DNA from: Squalus acanthias
Taxonomy: Eukaryota
Direction of reading: 5' to 3'
Length of the DNA stretch: 64,000 nucleotides
NCBI GenBank assembly: GCA_030390025.1
Contig: CM059431.1
Location: 99,202,001-99,266,000, forward strand
Shown: piece after piece, positions 14,216 to 25,835 of the stretch
How positions within the stretch are numbered: position 1 is the first letter of the stretch
Layout: the number at the start of each line of letters is the position of its first letter
Translations under genes and position numbers: made by a program
Notes under the pieces: model-generated
Told to the model about the DNA's origin: nothing
What the model saw: only the letters and a program-made list of their open reading frames with translations
Database searches by the model: none

Positions 14216-14311
14216 ATCAAACTGAATGCCCAAATAGTTCACTGTGATCTCGATACCTCGAGTGACTGGGTCTGTTTTACCAACTCGATCGAAGACGATA
14301 TTTATTGTTGC
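14216..14311 (-). CDS. GPR89: GPR89 exon 11 (ATINIVFDRVGKTDPVTRGIEITVNYLGIQFD)
   Basis: CAG acceptor, GTAAGT donor, 96 nt. Confidence 0.97.
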
Positions 14312-17300
14312 CTGCAGTTCGATTGGGGGGGGGGGGGGGAAATACAAATCAAATATCCAACAAGACCACGTTTATCTACAATGTTTTAAATTTCAGTTAC
14401 ATCAGAGCTTGTCCGCATTAACACAGTTTAATAAAACCAAGAGATTGCTCCCGAACTGCTTAAACTGGCAGAATGAAAACAACAGGATGCGATTCGAAAA
14501 CTGGATGAATGCTAGGTTTGCAGCATCAAATTCAATGTGGACATAAAAAAAATGCATTTGGGCGTTTAAAAGTTGAAGAACTAACTCACTGAGCTCTTTA
14601 TAGTTGGTCTGTGTGTTACATAGGAACAGGAGGAGGCCACTCAGCCCCTCGAGCCTGTTCCGCCATTCAATTAGATCATGGCTGATCTGTATCTCAACTC
14701 CAGCTACCCACCTTAGTTCCATATCCCTTAATACCCTTGTCTAATAACAATCTATCCATCTCAGTTTTGAAATTTTCATTTGACCTCCAGCTTTTTGGGG
14801 GGGGAGAGTTCCAGATTTCCACTACCCTTTGTGTGAAGAAGTGCTTCCTGACATCACCCCTGAACAGCCTGGCTCTAATTTTAAGGTTATACCCCCCTTG
14901 TTCTGGACTCCCCCCACCAGAGGAAATAGTTTCTCTCTATCGACCCTATCAACTCCTTTAATCATCTTAAACACCAAAGCAAAATCTATCGCTTTCGGTC
15001 TTGAAATTGACCCCCAGCATCCAGTCTTTGGGGGAGGGAGTTCCAGATCTCTACTACCCTGTGCGTGTAAAAGTATAGTAGAAATTTACATTCTACAGAT
15101 CAAATACTGATTGAAACACAGACTCCAAACCACTGATTCAATAATAAATTAGTTGCAGCACTAGCTTTCGAATCCGGTCTTTGAAACAGCAGCGAACCGC
15201 TGTATGCAAATAGGTGCCTTAGCAAATGTTTCCACTGACAGACACCTATTGTAAGACTGGAGCAGATAAGCAAGGTGCTTATAACCAGGGTAGATGCATC
15301 AACCTGTCCCACATCTGGAATAAGATGGAACCCGTGCTTTCAATTATATGATCAATACAGAGCTACAATAATACATACATCAGCGCACAGTAACAAGACA
15401 CGAAGCTTGGCTTTCAGTTTTATAATAGAATCCCGAGGGGGAAAAAAATTACATCATATTTTGTGAATTTTTTCAAACATGTGAAGTTGCTGAAGCGATA
15501 GATGGTAGCGGGATTGGTGGATGTAACACAGATTATCTCCATTTCCAATGATGGAGTTGGATTGGACCGGTTCTTGGCTGGGGCAGAGATTGCTTCTTAT
15601 AAAAGGCAAGTGTGATCTCCTGGGCAGGTGTCGATCGCCTGAGGGAGTCAGTGAGGAATTCTCCAGAATTATTTCATCTATTTGACCCCGAGTTTCTTTT
15701 TCTGTTTTTTTTGGCTCTCCCAGGAGATTACTTGGCTGGGGGAGGTGGGGGTGATGGGGGGATGGAGGAAGTATCTGGCCACGATCCTCAGGAGTGTGGG
15801 GGCAGGTTTGATGGACCAGCTGGTGTTTTCGTATGTTCGAATGAAGTGGTAGGATACAGGGGGCTACATATTCTGCTATTGCAGCATTGGAGAGCAGGTA
15901 TGCTGTGGTGGGACATCCATTCACCACACAGAGGGATCCCTAGACCCTGGCTGAACTTCTGGCCGTGGGCTATTTTGACGGCTTCTGGTCTTTGTCGGGG
16001 GGGGGGGGTCTGCTCGGGGGGAAGGGACGGAGACTGCCTGGGAGTGAGACCCGTCACTGTGTAGTGTGGCCACAGACCCCAGTGTGCCGTCAGTTAAAGG
16101 TTTGAAAAGAAAAACTAACCTTTTTAAGAAATGTCTCTAAACGTGTGCAACTGATCACTCGATGGTGGATTGCACAGGCCTCATGGGCGTCACATTTTAA
16201 ACTGCTTCCCCTTGCCACTACACCAAACGCTGGATGCCAGGAGTGAACAGGTGCCCCTTGTGCAGTGTTGGATGACATATTTCCATCATTTGCATATTGC
16301 AAGGCTATGGGGAAAGGGCAGGGGAGTGGGTCTGATTGCATAGCTCTTTCAAAGAGCCGGTACAGACAGGATGGGCCGAATGGCCTCCTTCTGTGCTGTA
16401 TCATTTTATGATTATGAAATACACAGCCAAATACGGTTGGACATATATATTGTATATCAATCATCACATCCAGGGGACAATCGGAGGGTCATAAAAGTGA
16501 GTGGGTCCCCAATCCACATTCCACACAAAAAGTAAATCTGCAATGGGAGCCGGAAGATCGTAGCCAGGGTTTTGCCTGCGATTCTCCATTTGGTGAGTTA
16601 TCAATCTCCATTACTTTGGTGACCTGGAGGGAGGCAGGTGATTCTTGCAAAAGAGAAGGAAAGAAAATCAGAGGGAGAGTTTCCCCGGGCTGCTCGTAAT
16701 GCACCAGAATGATACTGGGGCTAAAAGGGTTAAATTACGAGGACACAGACTAGGCTTGTATTCGCTCGAGTATAGAGGATTAAGGGGTGATCTAATCGAG
16801 GTGTTTAAGATAATTAGAGGATTAGATAGGGTAGAGAGAGAGAAACTATTTCCTCTGGTGGGGGGGAGTCCAGAACAAGGGGGCATAGCCTTAAAACTAG
16901 AGCCAGGCCGTTCAGGGGTGATGTCAGGAAGCACTTCTTCACACAAAGGGTGGTGGAAATCTGGAACTCTCTCCCCCAAAAAACTGAGATGGATAGATTT
17001 TTGTTGGGTAAGGGTATTAAGGGATATGGAACCAAGGTGGGTAAATGGAGTCAAGATACAGATCAGCCATGATCGAACTGAATGGTGGAACAGGCTCGAG
17101 GTGAATGGCCTCCTCCTGTTCTTATGTAACACAACAGCCCCACTGGGCCAGTAGGTCGGAGTGGTACTGGTCTACCTGTATTCTCAGCCAGTGATGGTGT
17201 TGAGTGCAGGTGAGAGGGAGGGAAGGGCAAGTTTACTAACTACTCAACTTAAATAACTGAAGCATTCAGTTCTGAAAATATCTGGGCTGGAAATTCAGCG

Positions 17301-17499
17301 GTTTACACTCATCGGACGACAAAATTCGAACAGGACAAACTGCTGGGTAAGAATTATAAAAACAAACAGAAGTGAGTTGCCTTGGTTTTGTGGGGCTGGG
17401 GCCTGTGGTCTAGAAATGGCTGCTTAATGCTGAAAGTACTTCCATCAACATCATTCCGCCCCTTTAAGCGTGCAGCAGTGCCATGCAGCATATACTCAC

Positions 17500-17592
17500 C
17501 ATAAAGATTTTCCAGACACAGTAGATAGAGAAAAAATACCCCAAGAAATTAAAATATTTTCCTTGAAATGTTTTCGAGTATTCAATTCTTTC
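17500..17592 (-). CDS. GPR89: GPR89 exon 10 (ERIEYSKTFQGKYFNFLGYFFSIYCVWKIFM)
   Basis: CAG acceptor, GTGAGT donor, 93 nt. Confidence 0.97.
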
Positions 17593-19253
17593 CTGTAAAA
17601 GATAAAAAGGACACATGCTTTTAGCACCAGGTTTCTGCAACCCTAGGACGTTTCTGTTGTGGTGAGCAAGGGCAGAGGGTCAATTCCATTAAACCTTCCG
17701 GGAAGATTTGGAATTCTCAATCCAGTTATTTTCCATTCACATGCAAATGTGGTGTTCATGATCTATTTGTTGTGCTTGACTGCCTCAAAGCTATTCAATT
17801 TCCTCAGATCACAGTGGGCCAAAGGCAAGAAAACAATATTGAGATATGATAAACAAGACCTTGCTTTGAAACACTTCCCAAGGAGGTTCTGCTAAACCTT
17901 TATAAAATCACCGGTTAGGCCTCAGCTGGAGTATTGTGTCCAATTCTGGGCACCACACTTTAGAAAGGATGTCAAGGGGTGCAGAGGAGATTTACCAGAA
18001 TGGTACCAGGGATGAGGGACTTCAGTTACGTGGAGAGACCAGAGAAGCTGGGGTTGTTCTCCTTAGAGCAGAGAAGATTAAGGGAAATTTAATAGAAATG
18101 TTCAAAATTATGTCGGGTTTCAATCAGAGTAACTAAGAAGAAACTGTTTCCAGTGGCAGAAGGGTCGGTAACCAGAGGACACAGATTTAAATTCAATGTC
18201 TAAAGAACCAGAGGGGAGATGATGAGAAATTTTTTAAGCAGCGAGTTGTTGTGATCTGGAATGCGCTGCCTGAAAGGGCGGTGGAAGCAGATTCAATAGT
18301 AACTTTCAAAAGGGAATTGGATAAATACTGGAAGGGGAGAAAATTACAGGGTCACAGGGAAAGAGCAGGGGGGGGGGAGTGGGACTAATTGAAGAGCTCT
18401 TTCAAAGAGCCGGCACAGGCACGATGGGCCAAATGGCCTCCCTCTGTGCTGTCTCATTCTATCTCACATCAGAATCCCAAGATCTGTCAGCACCAGTAAC
18501 TTGAGATATCTGTAAATTAATGAAGGCATATTTAGAACGTTGTATGTAGCTCCCCTGATATGCAGGCATGCAGCCTACAAATAGAAATGCTCCTGTACTG
18601 GAGTGATTCTATGATTTGATTCAAGAAACGATTTATCTCCTACACCGTGCATTTTCTTGAGGGAATTATCCTGATTTGTTTTTACCGTGACACTGTCACA
18701 TCCTAAACTGATTTCCATCATGCCTTTATTTCCACAGATAGAAGATACAGGGAAAAATGTGTTGACGTTACTTAAAAAAAGAAGCTGCTTCCCCACTGCA
18801 CTCAAACCAGCAAATGACTACACTCATGACAAGTCTTCTTTCCTAAGCACATCAGCCAACTCTTCAGGTAACAGTAGGAAGTACAATAAATAAGAGAATT
18901 TGGGATGTAGTGCACAGGCTCCCAAGGTTTGCTTCAAATATTTTTGTTTTCTTGTATTTAAACTTTACAAGGATCAGATTTTATTTACAGCACTAGCAGA
19001 TCTCCCGTGACAATGCTCGCACGAGCCAGACGGTAATCTGTTTCAGAGAAAGCCCATATAATGTTATAACATGTAATGCAGAATATACCATTGGAGCCGT
19101 GTCCTTTTAACGCCACAAGAGCCGGACTGGTAAACAAAGACTCAGGTTATTCAGAATTCATTTGGTGATTTGGTGAGGAAACTTTCCAAGCTGAAATGCA
19201 ACTGCCAGTTTAAGGCTGCAGACATAAGCCCAATAATCCAGGCTGACACTCCA

Positions 19254-20730
19254 GTGCAGTACTGAGGGAGCACCGCACTGTCGGAGGGGCGGTACTGAGG
19301 GAGGGCCGCACTGTCGGAGGGACAGTACTGAGGGAGCGCCGCACTGTCGGAGGGGCAGTACTGAGGGAGCGCCGCACTGTCGGAGGGACAGTACTGAGGG
19401 AGCGCCGCACTGTCGGAGGGGCAGTACTGAGGGAGCGCCGCACTGTCGGAGGGGCAGTACTGAGGGAGCGCTGCACTGTCGGAGGGGCAGTACTGAGGGA
19501 GCGCCGCACTGTCGGAGGGGCAGTACTGAGGGAGCGCCGCACTGTCGGAGGGGCAGTACTGAGGGAGCGCCGCACTGTCGGAGGGGCAGTACTGAGGGAG
19601 CGCCGCACTGTCGGAGGGGCAGTACTGAGGGAGCGCTGCACTGTCGGAGGGGCAGTACTGAGGGAGTGCTGCACTGTCGGAGGGGCAGTACTGAGGGAGC
19701 GCTGCACTGTCGGAGGGGCAGTACTGAGGGAGCGCTGCACTGTCGGAGGGGCAGTACTGAGGGAGCGCTGCACTGACGGAGGGGCAGTACTGAGGGAGCG
19801 CTGCACTGTCGGGGGGCAGTACTGAGGGAGCGCTGCACTGTCGGAGGGGCAGTACTGAGGGAGCGCTGCACTGTCGGAGGGGCAGTACTGAGGGAGCGCT
19901 GCACTGTCGGAGGGGCAGTACTGAGGGAGTGCTGCACTGTCGGAGGGGCAGTACTGAGGGAGCGCTGCACTGTCGGAGGGGCAGTACTGAGGGAGCGCTG
20001 CACTGTCGGAGGGGCAGTACTGAGGGAGCGCTGCACTGTCGGGGGGCAGTACTGAGGGAGCGCTGCACTGTCGGAGGGGCAGTACTGAGGGAGCGCTGCA
20101 CTGTCGGAGGGGCAGTACTGAGGGAGCGCTGCACTGTCGGAGGGGCAGTACTGAGGGAGTGCTGCACTGTCGGAGGGGCAGTACTGAGGGAGCGCTGCAC
20201 TGTCGGAGGGGCAGTACTGAGGGAGTGCTGCACTGTCGGAGGGGCAGTACTGAGGGAGCGCTGCACTGTCGGAGGGGCAGTACTGAGGGAGCGCTGCACT
20301 GTCGGGGGGGGGGGGGCAGTACCGAGGGAGCGCTGCACTGTCGGAGGGGCAGTACTGAGGGAGCGTTGCACTGTGGGAGGGGCAGTACTGAGGGAGTGCC
20401 GCACTGTCAGAGGGGCAGTACTGAGGGAGCGCTGCACTGTGGGAGGGGCAGTACTGAGGGAGCGCCGCACTGTCAGAGGGGCAGTACTGAGGGAGCACTG
20501 CACTGTCAGAGGGGCAGTACTGAGGGAGCGCCACACTGTCGGAGGGGCAGTACTGAGGGAGCGCCGCAGTGTTGGAGGGGCAGTACTGAGGGAGCGTTGC
20601 ACTGTCGGAGGGGCAGTACTGAGGGAGCGCCGCAGTGTTGGAGGGGCAGTACTGAGGGAGCGTTGCACTGTCAGAGGGGTAGTACTGAGGGAGCGTTGCA
20701 CTGTCGGAGGGGCAGTACTGAGGGAGTGCG
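19254..20730 (+). repeat. 30-bp minisatellite (GCAGTACTGAGGGAGCGCTGCACTGTCGGAGGG-type, about 49 units) expanded inside a Deu-SINE
   Basis: Tandem units with no spacers; SINE sequence on both sides. Confidence 0.93.
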
Positions 20731-21324
20731 GCACATCACTAAAAGCAGATTATCTGGTTATTATCACTTTGTTGTTTGTGGGACCTTGCTGTGCGCAAAT
20801 TGGCTGCTGTGTTTCCTACATTACAACAGTGACTACACTTAAAAAAAAAGTACTTCATTGCCTGTAAAGCACTTTGGGATGTCCCGAGGTCATGAAAGGC
20901 GCCACAGAAATGCAAGTTCATTATTTCTTTTTGCAGCTCAGAAGTGCCAGCATTGTTTTGCACCTGCAATAAAAAGTAATATCTGCATACACAGATGTTC
21001 CGTTCTTAATATATTAGTCAATCGCCCATGGTGCTGCACACAGGGAGTCAAGACCATAGTCTTCAGATGACGGAGGGTTGCAAGGTGGGGAATAATTCAA
21101 TCGGGGCACGCAGACATAATTCAGTCTCCATATTAAAGTCACGCATTCTGTCCTTACTTTTATATAATACTTTGATTTTATATTATTTATGGTTAAATGG
21201 CTAAACATAGTGAGAAGTAGAGTTGGTTGGAGGACAGCAGTTTATCTTCAGTAGAGGAGACAAAACTGAGGCTGCAGCACCATCACTGGCAAGAAGGTAT
21301 AACTACAGCACGGCAAGTTTATAT

Positions 21325-21790
21325 AACAACTTGTATTTAACGTAGTAAAACGTCCCCAGGCGCTTCACAGGAGCGTTATAAAACAAAATTTGACACCGAG
21401 CCACAAAAGGAGATATTAGGGCAGATGACAAAAAGCTTGGTCAAAGAGGTTGGCTTTAAGGAGCGTCTTAAAGAAGGAGAGAGAGGTAGAGCTTAGGGCC
21501 CAGGCAACTGAAGGCACGGCCACCAACGGTGGAATGATTAAAATCAGGGATGCACAACAGGCCAGAATTGGAGGAGCGCAGAGATCTCGGCGGGTTGTAG
21601 GGCTGGAGAGATTACAGAGATAGGGAGGGGTGAGGCCATGGAGGGATTTGAAAACAAAGAAGAGAATTTTAAAATTGAGACATTGCTTAACCGGGAGCCA
21701 ATGTAGGTTAGCGAGCACAGGGGCGATGGGCGAAAGGGACTTGGCGTGAGTTATGACACGGGCAGCCGAGTTTTGGATGACCTCAAGTTT
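21325..21790 (-). mobile_element. L2-clade LINE 3' fragment (others at about 26600-26772, 27765-28235, 47010-47450, 58815-59110, 59215-59635)
   Basis: IQNSAARV...LHWLPV...FKIL motifs typical of the L2 C-terminus; tail AAAGGCGCTATATAAATACAAGTTG. Confidence 0.8.
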
Positions 21791-22235
21791 TTGGAGAGTT
21801 TCCATTATAAATGTGCACACAGGAATTTATCATGAAAAAGTTGACATAAAAACGTGACCAGAAGTTGTGATTAAAGCAAACCTGAAAGGGCGGTGGAAGC
21901 AGATTCAACAGTAACTTTTAAAAGGGAATTGGATAAACACTTGAAAAAGAAAAGTGCAGGGCAAGGGGAAGCGTGACTAATTGGAGAGCTCTTTCAAAGA
22001 GCTGGCACAGGCACGATGGGCTGAATGGCCTCCTCCTGTGCTGTATCATTCTATGAATAGAAGAAGTCAGGTTTTATAGAAAGGGAGTGCGCAAGATTTT
22101 TAAAATATCAAAAAAAAAAATTACTTTCTATCTATTTCAGCAGAACAAATTCTTGCAGATGCACAATGACTGAAGACACGCCTGCACTGTGCGCTACGCT
22201 GCAAAGGGTGGACAATGGGTCGACTGAATCAGTAC

Positions 22236-22324
22236 CTTAGTCGCGTGAAGATCAACTGTTTCGAGAAACAACTGTCGGCTCAGTTCCTCCAGTGCATCCA
22301 CTTCCTGCTGAATAAGTGAGAGGT
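22236..22324 (-). CDS. GPR89: GPR89 exon 9 (NLSLIQQEVDALEELSRQLFLETVDLHATK)
   Basis: CAG acceptor preceded by a U12-type branch site; GTACTG donor; 89 nt restores the frame. Confidence 0.94.
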
Positions 22325-23151
22325 CTGAAGAGAAATGTTAAAGAAAGCTCCAAATGAACTGAACCCAGCGTGGCACTCGTGAGCCGTATCTTTACCTGGT
22401 GGGGTGAAAGAGCCATGTGCAGTTTGAACAAGTGACAGAAGGAAACGTCTGCAATTCTGAAAAAGTATTTACAAGAGATGATGTGTGTGCACATTTAATG
22501 TACTTAAAGAGTTACTGCGTTCAGTTCTGCTCTCCACAGTATAAAAAGGATATAGAGGCATTAGAGAAAGCGCAAAAAAGATTCACCAGAACTGCAAGGT
22601 TATAACTATCAGAAAAATTTGAACAGGCTGGGGCTCTTTTCTCTAGAAAAGAGAAAGCTGAGAGGTGACCTGATAGAAGTCTTTAAAATTATGAAAGGGT
22701 TCGATAGAGAAGATGTTTCCACTTGTGGGGGAATCCAAAACTAGGGGTTCATGAATATAAGATAGTCACTAATAAATCCAATAGGGAATTCAGGAGAAAC
22801 TTCTTTACCAAGAGAGTGATGAGAATGTGGAACTCGCTCCCCCACAGGGAGTGGTTGAGGCGAATAGTTTAGATGATTTAAGGGGAAGCTGGATAAACAC
22901 ATGAGGGAGAAAGGAATAGAAGGTTATGCTGATAGGGTGAGATGAAGAGGGGTGGGAGGAGGCTGGTGTGGAGCAGAAATACCGGCACGGACCAGTTGGG
23001 CCGAATGGCCTGTTTCTGTGCTGTACATTCTATGTAATTCAGGGTATATCAGATAGCTTTGAAATCCATTGTGTAAAATAACAAGGCCTTCCCCCCCCCC
23101 CATTTCAAGTTACAGAATGTGGCATCCCATTTACTCATCGTAAAAGGATAT
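22325..23151 (-). other. U12-type (minor spliceosome) intron 8 of GPR89, AT-AG termini
   Basis: 5' end ATATCCTTTT; branch motif TTTCTTTAAC at 22346-22337; 3' end TTCAG; reading frame requires these boundaries. Confidence 0.9.
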
Positions 23152-23261
23152 TTTCACTGTTGGAAGATGATGATGTCACACTTTTGATCATTCCCCAAAA
23201 TCCTGCAGGCTTATTCAGCACTTCCCCACGCTGGTACATCATCCTCCTGGTCATAGCAATT
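23152..23261 (-). CDS. GPR89: GPR89 exon 8 (IAMTRRMMYQRGEVLNKPAGFWGMIKSVTSSSSNSE)
   Basis: TAG acceptor, 110 nt; followed by the non-canonical donor ATATCCTT. Confidence 0.93.
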
Positions 23262-23807
23262 CTATCGGGGAACCAAACAAGAATTAAAACAGGTTGGATC
23301 TCTTTCATGGGACAGGCACATTACCCAGCAAAACACAATACCACCAAACAACAAGAAGGTTATCCACAACTCAACAGGACAAACAATAAGGGAAAGCATC
23401 GAGACAGAAACCCAGGTCAGAACAAAACCTCATCAGAGTTCCAATATGAGTCAATATATTCAGTGCGTTAGGCACCAGTGCTCTAGGTTAGCGGCAGAGG
23501 GCAGGATATGGGGAAGGAAAACGGATGGGGCGGGGTAGAAGTTGAGAACCTCGGTGCTATACAATTATAAATTTAGAAACTTGTTATTCTAACGACTGCA
23601 TGTTCCTGGCAGAGTCATTGGGCACAGCTGCAACTGATGGGTCCACTGCAGTCATCCTCATTACCCACTGCTTGATACTGCTCAACAATGCAAACAGGTC
23701 ATAGACAACCTAACCATCATAGGGCTCTGCTGGACATCCTGGAGAGTTAAGGGTTAATAGCTGAACTTGCTTGAATCTTGGGACAACAGGCTTCCCAAGA
23801 TAAACAG

Positions 23808-23900
23808 TGGCCATGATGCGGAGATGCCGGTGTTGGACTTGTGATTTCAAATAAAACTGTTGGACTATAACCTGGTGTTGTGCGACTTCTCACTTTTGTT
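23808..23900. mobile_element. Tiny PLE family A remnant (inverted tail plus partial arm)
   Basis: CATGATGCGGAGATGCCGGTGTTGGAC tail and GTTGGACTATAACCTGGTGTTGTGCGACTTCTC arm; TSD CAAGATAAACAG at 23796-23807 and 23901-23912. Confidence 0.8.
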
Positions 23901-24397
23901 CAAGATAAACAGGATGGCTTTGAATTGTCATGAGGAAAGCATGGATTGTCTCCTGCTTTTAGCGCCCGAGGGTTCTACATGAGAAGTGCTCGTGCAAGGA
24001 AATAAGTGGCAGTAATGACCTCAACCATGGATGATTAGAGTGTAACTTTGGTACCTAGTGTAATAAATTAGGTAGAGGAATCCATTTACTATAGTGTGGA
24101 AAGATAATGGTTAATAAAGCCTGTTCTTCAAAGGATTCGAGAACAGTTGCATCAGGGAGTCTTGTTTGAGAGAAGCAGCTTTGGATTAAACAACAACTGT
24201 TCACGCAAATAGACTGTCGTCAAGGGATTCAGATACGCCATGAGGTTTTATCTGTGACATGTACCTTTGCAAAATAAGGTGTATAAAGGAGCATGGTTTT
24301 CAACAGGTCTTCGGAGGGCTCGAAAGATAGAACCTGGAACCGAAAACCACTCTCTGTGTACAGAGTAGATCGATCACCTATACTGGATATCAATAAA

Positions 24398-24701
24398 AAT
24401 GAGAAGTCGCACACCACCAGGTTATAGTCCAACAGTTTTATTTAAAATTACGAGCTTTCGGAGCTGTTGCCCCTTCGTCAGGTAGAGGTACATTGAGGGA
24501 ATCTATTACACAATATAAATATTACACAATATTACACAATATAATCTATTACACAATAGATTCCCTCAATGTACCTTTACCTGACGAAGGAGCAGCGCTC
24601 TGAAAGCTCGTAATTTAAAATAAAACTGTTGGACTATAACCTGGTGTTGTGCGACTTCTCATTTTTGTCCACCCCAGTCCAACACCGGCATCTCCGCATC
24701 A
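24398..24701. mobile_element. Non-coding hairpin PLE insertion (family A), two inverted hammerhead-containing arms
   Basis: Arms homologous to the pseudo-LTR ends of 30243-32179; TSD TGGATATCAATAAA at 24384-24397 and 24702-24715. Confidence 0.88.
24577..24613 (+). ncRNA. Minimal hammerhead ribozyme motif (inverted partner at 24448-24485 on the minus strand)
   Basis: TTAC-CTGACGA-A-GGAGC-agc-GCTCT-GAAA-GC-TC-GTAA; the partner has stem II GGGGC/GCTCC. Confidence 0.75.
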
Positions 24702-24845
24702 TGGATATCAATAAAGTCTGTTACGTATACTCCACCATCGAGTGTCTCGTGCTTACTGGAAGCGTGTTGTTGTAAACCAGAGAATGGAGGAGGTTGACTG
24801 ACGGTTGAATGTTAACAGGCTTTTCTGGGAAATTGAGCGGTAGGT

Positions 24846-25835
24846 GCCAGCCGTGGCTCAGTGGGTAGCACTCTCACCTCTGAGTCAGAAGGTTGTGGGT
24901 TCAAGTCTCACTCCAGAGACTCGAGCACATAATCTGGGCTGACACTTCAGTGCAGTACTGAGGGAGCGCTGCACTGTCGGAGGGGCAGTACTGAGGGAGT
25001 GCCGCACTATCGGAAGGGCAGTACTGAGGGAGTGCTGCACTGTCGGAGGGGCAGTGCTGAGGGAGTGCTGCACTGTTGGAGGAGCAGTGCTGAGGGAGTG
25101 CTGCACTGTTGGAGGGGCAGTACTGAGCGAGTGTTGCACTGTTGGAGGGGCAGTACTGAGCGAGTGCTGCACTGTCGGAGGGGCAGTACTGAGGGAGAGC
25201 TGCACTGTTGGAGGGGTAGTACTGAGCGAGTGCTGCACTGTTGGAGGGGCAGTGCTGAGGGAGTGCTGCACTGTTGGAGGGGCAGTACTGAGCGAGTGTT
25301 GCACTGTTGGAGGGGCAGTGCTGAGGGAGCGCTGCACTGTTGGAGGGGCAGTACTGAGCGAGTGTTGCACTGTTGGAGGGGCAGTACTGAGGGAGCTCCG
25401 CACTGTCGGAGGGGCAGTGCTGAGGGAGCGCTGCACTGTTGGAGGGGCAGTACTGAGCGAGTGTTGCACTGTCGGAGGGGCAGTGCTGAGGGAGCGCTGC
25501 ACTGTTGGAGGGGCAGTACTGAGCGAGTGTTGCACTGTTGGAGGGGCAGTACTGAGGGAGCTCCGCACTGTCGGAGGGGCAGTGCTGAGGGAGCGCAGCA
25601 CTGTCGGAGGGGCAGTACTGAATGAGCGCAGCACTGTCGGAGGTGCTGTCTTATGGGTGAGACGTTAAACCGAGGCCCAGTCTGCCCTTCTCAGGTGGAC
25701 GTAAAAGAAGAGCAGGGGAGTTCACCCTGGTGTCCTGGCCAATATTTATCCCTCAAACAACATAATTAAAAAACAGATTTTCTGGTCGTTTTTTCATTGC
25801 TGTTTGTGGGACCTTGCTGTGCACAAATTCCTACA
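24846..25835 (+). repeat. Deu-SINE with 30-bp array (about 24951-25645); SINE 3' end resumes at about 26480-26580 after a CR1 insertion
   Basis: Head, array and Deu domain are colinear. Confidence 0.9.

Noticed and set aside
19254..20730. CRISPR-like array of about 30-bp repeats (also 8728, 24951, 42235, 54897)
   Set aside because: Units are directly tandem with no unique spacers, there are no cas genes, the context is eukaryotic, and the main unit is a piece of a SINE.
19151..20867. Long ORFs of 200-527 aa across the minisatellites
   Set aside because: Stop-free 30-bp units are open in several frames on both strands; this is a repeat artefact.
22323..22324. Calling intron 8 a standard AT-AC intron
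   Set aside because: Using the AC removes two coding bases and breaks the conserved frame; the AG acceptor fits.
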